This document shows, piece by piece, positions 7,875-17,505 of a stretch of 24,991 bases of DNA. The translations under genes and the position numbers were made by a program. Origin of the DNA: Candidatus Ratteibacteria bacterium (GTDB taxonomy: Bacteria > Ratteibacteria > UBA8468 > B48-G9 > DTJG01); the NCBI GenBank assembly GCA_049971295.1, contig JBMFLH010000007.1:4919-29909 (forward strand), given 5' to 3'. The notes under the pieces are model-generated. The model did no database searches. It saw only the letters and a list, made by a program, of their open reading frames with translations, and was not told where the DNA came from. Within the stretch, counting starts at the first letter, position 1; every line of letters starts with the position of its first letter.

Positions 7875-10259
7875 TCAAACTTTAACCATTTCAAGATAGT
7901 TATCTCCTTTTGAAACATCAACCTTCAATGGTACATCAAAACTATAAATATTTTCCATGATATTTTTTATCCTGTCAATAAGATGCTCCTGTCCTGTGGG
8001 TATTTCAAAAACAAGTTCATCGTGAACCTGAAGTATCATTTTGCTTTTCATTTTCTCTTTTTTTATTAAATCATAAATCTTTATCATTGCAAGTTTTATC
8101 AGTTCTGCTGCAGTACCCTGTATCGGCATATTTACTGCAACCCTTTTTGCAAACTCTTTTTGATTTCTGTTTTGAGAATAAATTTCTGGAAGATACCTTC
8201 TTCTGCCAAAGAGCGTTCCTGTATAACCTTTTTTTTCTGCTTCTTCGACTGATTTCTGAATATACAATCTCACAAGCGGAAATTTTGCAAAATAACAATC
8301 TATGAATGCTTTTGCCTCCTCAACAGGACAGGAAAGTCGTTGAGCAAGTCCGTATTCGTTCATTCCGTAAATAATCCCGAAATTGATTGTTTTTGCAATA
8401 CGGCGATACCTTTCAATGTCATTGGCACCAAAAAGACCATCCTGTAAAGGAAATAGTTGTTTCGCTGTTTCAATGTGAATATCCCGGTTGTTTTGAAATG
8501 CCTCAATAAGATTTTTGTCTTTTGAGAAATGGGCAAGAATTCTTAATTCTATCTGGCTATAGTCAAAGGAATAAAGGGTTGCATTTTCTGGAGCAATAAA
8601 AATTTTCCTTATTTTTCCAGCCCTTTCTGTTTTCACAGGGATTGATTGGAGGTTAGGGTTGTGGCAGACGAGCCGACCGCTTGACGCAACTGTCTGATGA
8701 TATTCTGGATGAATTCTACTGTCAGCAGGGTTGATAAATGGAATAAAACCATCAATGTAGGTGCTGCTGAGTTTTGAAAGTTCTCTGTATTGAAGAATCA
8801 GTTCCACAATTTTATGCCGACTGCGCAGTTGTTCTAAAACAGTTGTGTCTGTTGAATAACCTGTTTTTGTCTTTCTTTTCGGTGGAAGTCCAAGTTTATC
8901 AAACAAAATTTTTGCAACCTGAGACGGTGAATTGATATTGAACACCTCGCCTGCAATGTGATAAATTTTTTCCTGCAAGATTTTCATTTCTTCCTGGTAT
9001 TCTTTTTTCAAAACTTCAAGATAGCCAGTGTCAACAAGTACTCCACAAAGTTCCATAAACGCAAGTACTTCAATGAGAGGCATCTCAATGGAATGAACGA
9101 GAAAATCCATCTGCTGCTTTTTGAAAGATTCAAGATATGCTGCGTGAAGTTGAAAAATATCTGTTTCAGCAGGTGAACTTCCAAGAAGAAAGGATGCAAT
9201 TTGAAAATCAAAGTAAGGAGGTGAAAGGTAGGAGTTTTTTGATACAAGAAGTTTTATTTTTTCTTTCATGTTAGTGCCAATTTTGACAAGATTTCTGTCT
9301 GTCAGAATACCTGTAAATTTATCTGGATTGGTAAGTATTTCATTGAAGTCGAAAATTTTGTCTCCTATGGCAAATATATCCTGTGAGATACCGGCACTGA
9401 CATTTAATCCAAAAACTTCTTCAAGTTGTGTTTCAAATTTTTTGAACTCAAGGAATTGAAAAATTTGCCTGATTTTTTCAAAGTTAACATTTTTTATACC
9501 TGTATCTTCTATATCCATTTCAAGACCGGAGTCGCAGGAAAGTTTAACAAGACGCTTACTCAAAAAGGCGCTTTCCTTTCCGTCAAGAAGCAACTGTTTT
9601 CTCCTACCTTCAATACTTTCAATGTTTTCATAAAGATTTTCAATTGTTCCAAACTCCTTAATCAACTGAGATGCAGTTTTTTCTCCTATTTTTGGCACAC
9701 CAGGGATGCAGTCAGAGGCATCCCCGCATAACGCCAGAAAATCCACGATATTTTCGGGATGGAAAGAGTATTTTTCAATGAAACGCTTCCTGTCCATCAT
9801 TTCCCAATTTGCTGGATTGAGAACATTGATTTTTTCTGATAGCAATTGCAGGATATCTTTGTCCCCTGTGACAATGATCACGCGATGACCGGCGCTGCTG
9901 AACTTTAGTGCCAGGCAGGCAATAATGTCGTCTGCCTCAAATGATTCCTTTTCAATCATTGTTATTCCGAACGCATTCAGAATTTCTTTTATCACAGGAA
10001 TCTGTGCTGATAGTTCCTCTGGCATGGGTTTTCTCGTTATCTTGTATTGCTCAAGAAGAAGGTGCCTGAATGTGGGAGCAGGTGTATCAAACGCAACCAC
10101 AAGATATTCTGGTTTATAATCTTTCAGAATTTTTAATAATGTTGAAACAAATCCGAAAATTGCGTTTGTGGGTTGTCCGGTTGAAGTTGTAAAACCCCTG
10201 ATGGCAAAAAATGACCTGTAAATGATGTGATTTGCGTCAATAAGAAAAACAGTGCTCAT
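7875..10259 (-). CDS. polA: DNA polymerase I
   Basis: 5'-3' exonuclease motifs LIDANH..YRSFF, EADDII, TGDKD and GDASDCIPGVPKIGEKTA. Polymerase motifs A (DYSQIELRILAH), B (RRIAKTINFGIIYG) and C (QVHDEL). Confidence 0.97.
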   Translation of the reverse strand: MSTVFLIDANHIIYRSFFAIRGFTTSTGQPTNAIFGFVSTLLKILKDYKPEYLVVAFDTPAPTFRHLLLEQYKITRKPMPEELSAQIPVIKEILNAFGITMIEKESFEADDIIACLALKFSSAGHRVIIVTGDKDILQLLSEKINVLNPANWEMMDRKRFIEKYSFHPENIVDFLALCGDASDCIPGVPKIGEKTASQLIKEFGTIENLYENIESIEGRRKQLLLDGKESAFLSKRLVKLSCDSGLEMDIEDTGIKNVNFEKIRQIFQFLEFKKFETQLEEVFGLNVSAGISQDIFAIGDKIFDFNEILTNPDKFTGILTDRNLVKIGTNMKEKIKLLVSKNSYLSPPYFDFQIASFLLGSSPAETDIFQLHAAYLESFKKQQMDFLVHSIEMPLIEVLAFMELCGVLVDTGYLEVLKKEYQEEMKILQEKIYHIAGEVFNINSPSQVAKILFDKLGLPPKRKTKTGYSTDTTVLEQLRSRHKIVELILQYRELSKLSSTYIDGFIPFINPADSRIHPEYHQTVASSGRLVCHNPNLQSIPVKTERAGKIRKIFIAPENATLYSFDYSQIELRILAHFSKDKNLIEAFQNNRDIHIETAKQLFPLQDGLFGANDIERYRRIAKTINFGIIYGMNEYGLAQRLSCPVEEAKAFIDCYFAKFPLVRLYIQKSVEEAEKKGYTGTLFGRRRYLPEIYSQNRNQKEFAKRVAVNMPIQGTAAELIKLAMIKIYDLIKKEKMKSKMILQVHDELVFEIPTGQEHLIDRIKNIMENIYSFDVPLKVDVSKGDNYLEMVKV

Positions 10260-10756
10260 TTGGTGCGTGCCTTATAGGAAATCAGTTCCATTTCAACCTT
10301 GACAAAAAATGGCTTCTGAGCATTTCGAGAAATCTGAAGATAACCGTATCTCAAAAAATCTCTCTTCTCAATCTCGTTAAGAAGCAGAAGAAGCTTTTCA
10401 AGTTCAATGTCTTCAATGGAAAGAGTGATGTGCTGCTCTATCATATTCAAAAGGATATTTTCAGTGACAGGCGTGATTCTTGAAATTTTCAATTTTGAAC
10501 CTGTGGTCTCTATGATTCTGGAAACAAAAAGATAAAGATTAAAGTCAGTTGGTGCATATACCACAGAGGGCTGCGCTGTTTTTTCCTGATACTGTAGTAT
10601 GAGCCCTTTCAATGTTTCAAGATCCTTTTGTTTTTGAACATATGTAGTATTAAGGGTTTTAACTTTTCTTACGCCTGGCAACCAGACAAATTGATACAGC
10701 AATACCAGTATCAAAATACCCAGCAGCATAACATTTTTAGGATTAGTTCCTGTCAT
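10256..10756 (-). CDS. gspM: Type II secretion protein M-like
   Basis: N-terminal TM segment, coiled coil and C-terminal ferredoxin-like pattern (ITLSIEDIELEKLLLLLNEIE). It lies directly after gspL. Confidence 0.7.
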   Translation of the reverse strand: MTGTNPKNVMLLGILILVLLYQFVWLPGVRKVKTLNTTYVQKQKDLETLKGLILQYQEKTAQPSVVYAPTDFNLYLFVSRIIETTGSKLKISRITPVTENILLNMIEQHITLSIEDIELEKLLLLLNEIEKRDFLRYGYLQISRNAQKPFFVKVEMELISYKARTK

Positions 10757-12008
10757 TTTTTATCTTAATCAAAAGGTTAAAAGATATCTGGTCAGATCCA
10801 GGCATAATCCCTGAAACTTTTAAATTGTCAAACATTTTCACCTTTTTGAAACACTGAGAAACTGATTCAACATTTTCAAGAGTATCAGTGGAACAGGCCA
10901 GAAACAAATCGCTTCCGCGCACACTCATTTGGGAAACCTTAAATGGAATGTTCTCTGGCACAATAGAAGAAATTGCTTTCATAATTGAAATCACAGAGAT
11001 TCTGGGAACAAGTTTCTGCGCTTCTCCAACATTTCTTAATCTTTCTCTGACCTGTATAACAGGATTTACCACCTTTTTCACATCAGGAAACGCTGCCTTA
11101 AACGTTTCTTCCATTTGTCTGTTTAAATCATTGACCTTCATCTGAACCTGGTTTGCAACAAAATAAGGCCTGAACATAAAAGAAGCAACAGCAAGATACA
11201 AAATCACACCGACGACAATCAGCGGATTCAGAGTAATCTCAGTGCGTCTGATAGAATACAGATTAAATGGCGGACTCACATTCAGAGCAGGCAGTGATTC
11301 AAATACTGAAAAAAGAAGCGATGCCAACTCTTCACCTTTGCGCAGATTGATTGTCCTTGCGGCCTGGAATTTTCCAGCGCTTACATCTCCAAGACAGACC
11401 ACAACAAGCTTTTCGTGATTTAGATTGATTATGTCAGCAATCGCAGAGTCAATTGCATCTGGTTCAAAATATGAAGAGGAACTCTCAATCATCACATTGT
11501 TTTTCACAATGTACTTTGCAACATAATTCCCATCAACAAAGATCAGCAAAAAAGTATTCAGCAGCGTTGTTCGCGAAACATAATTGGAAAGGACAAATGG
11601 CTCAAAACAGGTTCTGATCTTGAATTTATGAGATACCCTGTACTTCAACCACTTTTCAATCTTATTTTTTTCAACTGCCAGAACAGAAACAGTGTTTTTT
11701 GATTTTTCTTTTGAGACAACATACCAGAAACATTCAAGTGCATCAACAGGAACTGGAAATAATGGCGCAAGTTCGTTGGGTAGAACCTCAGAAATTTTTT
11801 TCAGCGAAGAAAAAGGAAAGCTAAGAGTCCTGATAAAAATAGAAGGCCTGCTGAACACAAGTGTAAGAGTGGAAATTTTGTTTTCTTTAAGAAATTCAGA
11901 GATATCCTGGTCTGACTCAAAAAATCCGCAAACCCTTTTTTTATCTGATTGTAAAAAATAAAAGTCCCTGTCCCTTAAATAAACAATCAAATTCACTCTC
12001 TCTCCCAT
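10743..12008 (-). CDS. gspL: Type II secretion protein L-like
   Basis: Cytoplasmic IRTLSFPFSSLKKISEVLPNEL...FPVPVD, a single TM segment and periplasmic FKAAFPDVKKVVNPVIQVRERL. It lies between gspK and gspM. Confidence 0.8.
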   Translation of the reverse strand: MGERVNLIVYLRDRDFYFLQSDKKRVCGFFESDQDISEFLKENKISTLTLVFSRPSIFIRTLSFPFSSLKKISEVLPNELAPLFPVPVDALECFWYVVSKEKSKNTVSVLAVEKNKIEKWLKYRVSHKFKIRTCFEPFVLSNYVSRTTLLNTFLLIFVDGNYVAKYIVKNNVMIESSSSYFEPDAIDSAIADIINLNHEKLVVVCLGDVSAGKFQAARTINLRKGEELASLLFSVFESLPALNVSPPFNLYSIRRTEITLNPLIVVGVILYLAVASFMFRPYFVANQVQMKVNDLNRQMEETFKAAFPDVKKVVNPVIQVRERLRNVGEAQKLVPRISVISIMKAISSIVPENIPFKVSQMSVRGSDLFLACSTDTLENVESVSQCFKKVKMFDNLKVSGIMPGSDQISFNLLIKIKNDRN

Positions 12009-12892
12009 CTCAACCTTGTGATTTTATTATTGCCTCTCTGAACGATAAGCGACTGAACGCATACAACATCGCCGGATTTCGCCCGAGATGTAATACGAAA
12101 AAAACTGCTTGAAAATTTTATCATCCTTGTCAGAGAAACAGTCGTTTGCCTGTCAATGCGCATTAAAATACTCATTGTTAAAGGTCGTAGCTCCCGTTCG
12201 TTCACGATTTTCTCCACAGATACTGTCGGATATCCCAATGCTTGCAAAATAATCGGGTCTGCCATATTGACATTTATTTTATTATCAGAAAAGATTGTAA
12301 GCAAATCCAGAAGTCCTTTGTTTTCTCCTGAGGCTTTTAAAATTTCAGGAGTAAAACCCTTTATGTAGGCAAGTTCAGAAATATCAGTCAGAGGTCCGTT
12401 TGCGGGTCTGTATGGCGGCAACAAAGTTGTGTAATATTCACTCTCTGCACCAAAAACACGTGGAAAATCATCGCTATCAAGCCAGTCAAGCAAGGCATCA
12501 AGAAGGGAAGATGGAAAACCCATCACAGATAGCAGGTTTGAAAAAATCGTCTGCGCCTGAGTGTTTAATGATTTATCTTTATTGATGATGCTATTAACAT
12601 TAAATCTTGCGTCAAGCGGTTCTATTGTAATATCAACAATTCCTTCAGGAAATTCAAGATGCTTTGGCTTTACCCATATATCTGAATACCAGTCATAGGA
12701 ATTGGTATCCATCAGAAGGATAGATTCACCGGCGCTGATACCTGCTTTTGAAAGTTTTTCCACAAAATACCTGGCATCCTGGCTATGTTGAAGTTGCGCA
12801 CGCATTTGAATAAACTCAGTAAACAGAAAAGCGTTTGCCGCAAGAATCGAAAGAAAAGCCAGTGTCGTAATAAGTATGAACCCTTTTTTCAT
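11993..12892 (-). CDS. gspK: Type II secretion minor pseudopilin K
   Basis: KKG|FILIT lacks E5, as expected for GspK. Also RFNVN, ALLDWLDSDD, GAESEYY, SELAYIKG and KINVNMAD. Confidence 0.92.
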   Translation of the reverse strand: MKKGFILITTLAFLSILAANAFLFTEFIQMRAQLQHSQDARYFVEKLSKAGISAGESILLMDTNSYDWYSDIWVKPKHLEFPEGIVDITIEPLDARFNVNSIINKDKSLNTQAQTIFSNLLSVMGFPSSLLDALLDWLDSDDFPRVFGAESEYYTTLLPPYRPANGPLTDISELAYIKGFTPEILKASGENKGLLDLLTIFSDNKINVNMADPIILQALGYPTVSVEKIVNERELRPLTMSILMRIDRQTTVSLTRMIKFSSSFFRITSRAKSGDVVCVQSLIVQRGNNKITRLRWERE

Positions 12893-13425
12893 GTTTGTTG
12901 CGCACTTTTTATATCAAGGTTAACCGGCAAAAATATCTTTGAATTCCTTATTTCCAGTGTAATGGCAATGCCTGCTGGAATTGTGTCCTTATCCCACAAG
13001 GTTGACCATGTTTCTCCATCAAAAAAGGAAAATTCCACACTGTCCAGATCAGTGATTGCTGGATACGAAAACTCTGTGTTAAGAAAAATGTCTTTCTCAG
13101 TCACATTAAGATTGTATTTGCCATTTTCGTTCAGTTCCGCTGAGTACATAATAATTTTCCTGCTCTGATATTCATTTAATTCCACAGATACCTGGTTGCT
13201 TTGAAAACTATTGTTTTCGCTATCAGGAACCACGCAAAGCATTCTGGCTACAAATGAGTTAAGAAAAAAGTTTATTCTCTGTGTTTCTGCAATTTTTTCT
13301 CTGATTGCGCCAGAAACCTTTAATGTTGTCGACATGGTCTGATATACAAGAAAAATAATGATAAATCCCACAACAATCACCACCAGCATTTCCAACAATG
13401 TAAAACCGCTTTGTTTTCTTTTCAT
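12889..13425 (-). CDS. gspJ: Type II secretion minor pseudopilin J
   Basis: SG|FTLLEMLVV and C-terminal FSFFDGETWSTLWD..IPAGIAITL. ATGA overlaps on both sides. Confidence 0.85.
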   Translation of the reverse strand: MKRKQSGFTLLEMLVVIVVGFIIIFLVYQTMSTTLKVSGAIREKIAETQRINFFLNSFVARMLCVVPDSENNSFQSNQVSVELNEYQSRKIIMYSAELNENGKYNLNVTEKDIFLNTEFSYPAITDLDSVEFSFFDGETWSTLWDKDTIPAGIAITLEIRNSKIFLPVNLDIKSAQQT

Positions 13426-13814
13426 TGTGAACTTTCCTGAGATGGCTTAATCAATAAAGGGTATGAGATGCGCGACGAACGTTTTTCAACAATCAATCGC
13501 ACCACCGTAAAGTTAAAAACAATTTCACTGTCAGCTGTCACTGTTTCGCTGATGGTAATGTCAGATGTTTCAATTTTGTACCTTGCTTCAGGGTCAATGT
13601 TTCCGAAATCACCGGTCTCAGGTATACTATCAGGATTATTGAGATACTCAAATTCTTTTTGTCTGGCAAGAATCACGCATGTCTGATCATCAATGATTTT
13701 CTGGGCGATGGATATATTGAGAAGATAATTTTCAAGGCATACTATACCGATCACTGCGAAAATCGCAACTGCCAGCATGGATTCAAGAAGCGTAAAACCT
13801 TTATTCCCTATCAT
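13422..13814 (-). CDS. gspI: Type II secretion minor pseudopilin I
   Basis: KG|FTLLESMLAVAIFA, 130 aa, located between H and J. Confidence 0.8.
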   Translation of the reverse strand: MIGNKGFTLLESMLAVAIFAVIGIVCLENYLLNISIAQKIIDDQTCVILARQKEFEYLNNPDSIPETGDFGNIDPEARYKIETSDITISETVTADSEIVFNFTVVRLIVEKRSSRISYPLLIKPSQESSQ

Positions 13815-14298
13815 GTCGCCTCTTCAATTTCTAAAACACCTGCGTATGGACTTAATTTAATGAGATATCTGCGACCATCCTGAATGTTTTCAAAACCTAT
13901 TTCTGAATATTCGCAACCACCATCAGGAAAAAACATGATTCCAGGGCAACCTGATTCATATTTATAACCATTTACAACCACGTACAGAATTTTGGTGTCC
14001 CCTGAAATACTGGTATATGAAATGTTACCTGGCGCCTTTTTCAAAATTGTTTCATTCCTATCAACAATTGCCCATGTTTGTTCTTCTATATTGATAAACA
14101 AAATGGTTGGACTGCTCGCATGTAAAGCCACATCACGAGCATCAGCAAAAATCTGTTCAAGTTCAGGAAATTCTGGCTTCCGGGCAGAAGAAATACCCGG
14201 AAATCTGGCTAAATTGAGAAAAAAAAACTGATGAGTAAAATCACAACCACCAGCTCAAAAAGTGTAAATGCCTTATTACTGTGTTTTTTGAGTTCCAC
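13811..14298 (-). pseudogene. gspH: Minor pseudopilin H, split by a one-base frameshift at a T9 tract (14227-14219); either a pseudogene, a slippage-dependent gene or a sequencing error
   Basis: GTG 14298 gives [29 protein letters not shown] (TAG 14211-14209). One extra T continues into LNLARFPG...ARDVALHASS...IMFFPDGGCE...IKLSPYAG, which ends at 13811, for 162 aa in total. Confidence 0.85.
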
Positions 14299-14734
14299 CG
14301 GTACCTTCGATTTCACTGCTTGAAATATCCGCATCATAACCTGTTCCACCCTCCTGCCCGTCCTTCCCATAAGAAATGATTTCATAATCCTCTCCATTTC
14401 TGCCAGGAGAAAGATACACATAGGGATGTCCCCAGGGGTCAAGCGGAATAGTGTTTTTTTCAAGATATCCGCCTTCACGCCATTTTTCAGGAATTCTGCC
14501 TGTGGTGGGTTTTTCTACAAGCGCCTCAAGCCCCTGTTCTGTGGATGGATAAAAACTGTTGTCAAGATAAAAAAGTTTGAGCGCCTGTTCAAAACTTTTA
14601 ATTTGAACTTTTGCAGCAGTGACCTTGGCTTGGTCCACTCTTCCGAAAATCTTAGGCATGACATACATTGCAAGGATGCCAAGAATTACAACAACCGCCA
14701 TCAATTCAATGAAGGTGAATCCTTTTTTGTTCAT
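14276..14734 (-). CDS. gspG: Type II secretion major pseudopilin G
   Basis: [50 protein letters not shown] and [23 protein letters not shown]. Confidence 0.96.
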   Translation of the reverse strand: MNKKGFTFIELMAVVVILGILAMYVMPKIFGRVDQAKVTAAKVQIKSFEQALKLFYLDNSFYPSTEQGLEALVEKPTTGRIPEKWREGGYLEKNTIPLDPWGHPYVYLSPGRNGEDYEIISYGKDGQEGGTGYDADISSSEIEGTGGTQKTQ

Positions 14735-14768
14735 TATATCTCCTATGAAAAAAATTTCCCTGCTATTT

Positions 14769-15962
14769 TTAACGAATGCTCTGGCTGATTTGAAAAATTG
14801 GCAACATAATACTGATCACGACAAATCCTACAATCACTGCCATAAACAAAATCATAAAAGGTTCAAGAACTGTAACAAATCTCGTTGCCTTTTGTGACAC
14901 CTCGTCTTTGAAATTAGCTGAAATCTTTTTTAACATCTGAGGCATTGTGCCACTTTTCTCGCCAGCAGATATCAATTGAATGACTGTGTAAGGAAATATC
15001 GTGGTCTTTCTCAGTGCAGATGAAACACTATTGCCGTGAGAAATCAGGTCCCTGGCTTTGCCAATCTGTTCTTTCAGGTCAGGGCTTGATATGACCTGCT
15101 GGGCAATATTGAAACTGGTAAGAATTTCAACTCCGCCTTCAAGAAGTGTTCCTAATGTTCCTGTAAAATTTGCGATTTCACTCTTGAAGAAAATTTCACC
15201 GAGATAGGGAATTCTCCTTCTAATTCCTGCAAGTTTTGCCATCCCGCGTTCAGAAGAAAGATATCTTTTCACAAAATACACTATAAGCGTAACAAAAACA
15301 ATCACCGCAAAAAGATATTGTTTCAGAAAAGTTGAAATTTTAATCAAAACCAAAGTTGGCAAAGGAAGTTTCAATGAAATTTCAGAGAAAATACGGGTAA
15401 TCGTCGGAGTAACAAATGTGAAGACAAAAATGATTACGAGACACCCAACAACAGCCATGATAATCGGATATGTCAGAATGCCCATTACTTTGCTTCTGAA
15501 ACGAATTGATTCTTCAAGAAATTCAGCAATATGTTGAAGAACAAGATCAAGGGTGCCGCTGGCTTCTCCTGAACGAATCATTGAAAGTGAAATGTCTGAG
15601 AAAAGTTCAGGATATTGAGACGCTGCCTTCGAAAAACTTTTTCCTTCTCTGACCTGCTTCTGAATACTAACATAGACATCGCGAAGCTTCCCTCCCTTCA
15701 TCTGGGCAATAATTCCTGAAATGCTTTCGTCCAGAGTCAATCCAGAATTCAATAATGTTGCAAGCTCCCTGATGGAAAGAGCAATATCTTCTTTACTGAC
15801 TTTTTCACGGCGGCGGCTCTGTCTTTCAAGAGAGACCAATCTTTTGATGTAGATGTCGTTATTTTTTATCATGTCCCTTGCAATGGCATCATTTTCGGCT
15901 TCAATTTTACCTGTAATTCGTCTTCCGGATTTATCAAAACCTTCGTAGGAAAATACTGGCAT
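14769..15962 (-). CDS. gspF: Type II secretion inner-membrane platform protein F
   Basis: [45 protein letters not shown] and LEPFMIL...IMLPIF. Confidence 0.95.
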   Translation of the reverse strand: MPVFSYEGFDKSGRRITGKIEAENDAIARDMIKNNDIYIKRLVSLERQSRRREKVSKEDIALSIRELATLLNSGLTLDESISGIIAQMKGGKLRDVYVSIQKQVREGKSFSKAASQYPELFSDISLSMIRSGEASGTLDLVLQHIAEFLEESIRFRSKVMGILTYPIIMAVVGCLVIIFVFTFVTPTITRIFSEISLKLPLPTLVLIKISTFLKQYLFAVIVFVTLIVYFVKRYLSSERGMAKLAGIRRRIPYLGEIFFKSEIANFTGTLGTLLEGGVEILTSFNIAQQVISSPDLKEQIGKARDLISHGNSVSSALRKTTIFPYTVIQLISAGEKSGTMPQMLKKISANFKDEVSQKATRFVTVLEPFMILFMAVIVGFVVISIMLPIFQISQSIR

Positions 15963-15963
15963 G

Positions 15964-17505
15964 TTAGGTTTCCTGGGTTACGCGGAGAACTTCGCTGATT
16001 GTTGTCAGCCCTTCTGCAACTTTTCTCGCGCCATCCATTCTCAATGTTCTAAGCCCTTTATTGAGAGCATGTCTTCTAATTTCGCCTGATGAGACCTGCC
16101 TCATAATTAAATTGCGGATATCATCATCAATTTCAAGAAACTCAAAAATACCTGTCCTTTTGTGATAACCTGTGTGCAAACATATGTCGCATCCTTTTCC
16201 TTTTTTGAAGTTATAACCACCCGCCGCAGGATTCAATCCTATTTCTTTTAGCAGGGCTTCAGGATATGTAGTTGGTTCTGAACACTTATTACAATTGAGG
16301 CGAACCAGCCTCTGCGCGATGATTCCAATCACTGATGATGCAATCAAATATGGTTCAATACCCATATCAAGAAGTCGCGCAATGGAACTGGTTGAGTCAT
16401 TTGTATGAAGGGTGCTGAACACAAGATGTCCTGTAAGAGATGCCTGTATCGCCATTTCGGCAGTTTCTCTGTCTCTAATTTCACCAACCATGATTACATT
16501 GGGATCGTGCCTCAGTATCGAACGCAAGCCATTTGCAAAAGTCAGTCCCACTTTTGGATTGACCTGTATCTGATTGATACCATCAAGCTGATATTCCACA
16601 GGATCTTCAAGAGTAATAATGTGAATATTTGGATTGTTAATTCTTGAAAGGGCTGCATAAAGGGTTGTTGTTTTTCCGCTGCCTGTTGGACCTGTAAGAA
16701 GAATGATTCCGTGGTCATAGTGAATTAATCTATCAAACTTCTTAAGGTCATCTTCAAAAAAACCAAGTTCGTTTAACCCGAAATTGTATGTGGATTGGTC
16801 AAGAAGACGAAGCACTGCTGATTCTCCAAAAAATGTCGGTATGATTGAGACCCTCACATCAATTTGCCTGTCTTCAACTCTCACAGTCGTTCTTCCATCC
16901 TGAGGAATTCTTTTTTCAGCGATGTCAAGGTCAGAGATGATTTTCACCCTTGAAATCACAGCAGGTTGATATTTTGCTGGAAGCGTCAGCACATCGTGTA
17001 ACATTCCGTCTATTCTGTAACGAACCTTCAAAAACTTTTCAAGGCTCTGCAGGTGTATATCGCTTGCCCTCATCAGAATTGCTCTGTAAAAAATCTGGTT
17101 TACAAGCCTGATAATGGGCGCCTGATTCGCAAGGTCAAGAAGATCTCCATTCTGGGCAGGCAGTTGTTCTGTAATTGCGTCGTCAATCATTGCTTCATCA
17201 CGACTCAATTCCTGGATGATTTTCTGGGAAGATGCAGGATTGTAATAGTGTTTCTTCAATAGGTTTTGAATCAGTTGCCTGTCAACCTCAATAAACGAAA
17301 GCTTTTTTCCCGTAAATTGCTCAATTTCTCCTGCATCGATTTTTGACGCATTATCAGTTGCAATAAGAATTTTTCCTGGAGCATCCTTTAACGGAAGAAA
17401 AGAAAATGTCTCCAGAAATGAATAAGGAAATTTTGTTAGAAGTTCCTGGTCAATAAGTTTTTCTATCTCTTCAGGACTCAAATGAATATTACTTTTTTTT
17501 ATCAT
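15964..17505 (-). CDS. gspE: Type II secretion ATPase E
   Basis: ASDIH, RYRIDG, Walker A GPTGSGKTTT, Asp box TLEDPVEY, Walker B VIMVGEIRD, His box TGHLVFSTLHTND and the CNKC/CDIC zinc motif. Confidence 0.96.
   Translation of the reverse strand: MIKKSNIHLSPEEIEKLIDQELLTKFPYSFLETFSFLPLKDAPGKILIATDNASKIDAGEIEQFTGKKLSFIEVDRQLIQNLLKKHYYNPASSQKIIQELSRDEAMIDDAITEQLPAQNGDLLDLANQAPIIRLVNQIFYRAILMRASDIHLQSLEKFLKVRYRIDGMLHDVLTLPAKYQPAVISRVKIISDLDIAEKRIPQDGRTTVRVEDRQIDVRVSIIPTFFGESAVLRLLDQSTYNFGLNELGFFEDDLKKFDRLIHYDHGIILLTGPTGSGKTTTLYAALSRINNPNIHIITLEDPVEYQLDGINQIQVNPKVGLTFANGLRSILRHDPNVIMVGEIRDRETAEMAIQASLTGHLVFSTLHTNDSTSSIARLLDMGIEPYLIASSVIGIIAQRLVRLNCNKCSEPTTYPEALLKEIGLNPAAGGYNFKKGKGCDICLHTGYHKRTGIFEFLEIDDDIRNLIMRQVSSGEIRRHALNKGLRTLRMDGARKVAEGLTTISEVLRVTQET

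Noticed and set aside
13811..14131. 106-aa ORF as a complete gene
   Set aside because: It lacks the prepilin leader, and its frame extends upstream to the T9 tract. It is the 3' part of gspH.
14086..14211. Amber (TAG) read-through or pyrrolysine as the explanation for split gspH
   Set aside because: The frame after the TAG stops again 40 codons later and lacks the GspH-like FFPDG motif, which lies in the -1 frame.
14209..14478. 89-aa minus-strand ORF as an independent gene
   Set aside because: Its first 60 codons are an alternative frame inside gspG. Only the part from GTG 14298 is meaningful, as the gspH N-terminus.
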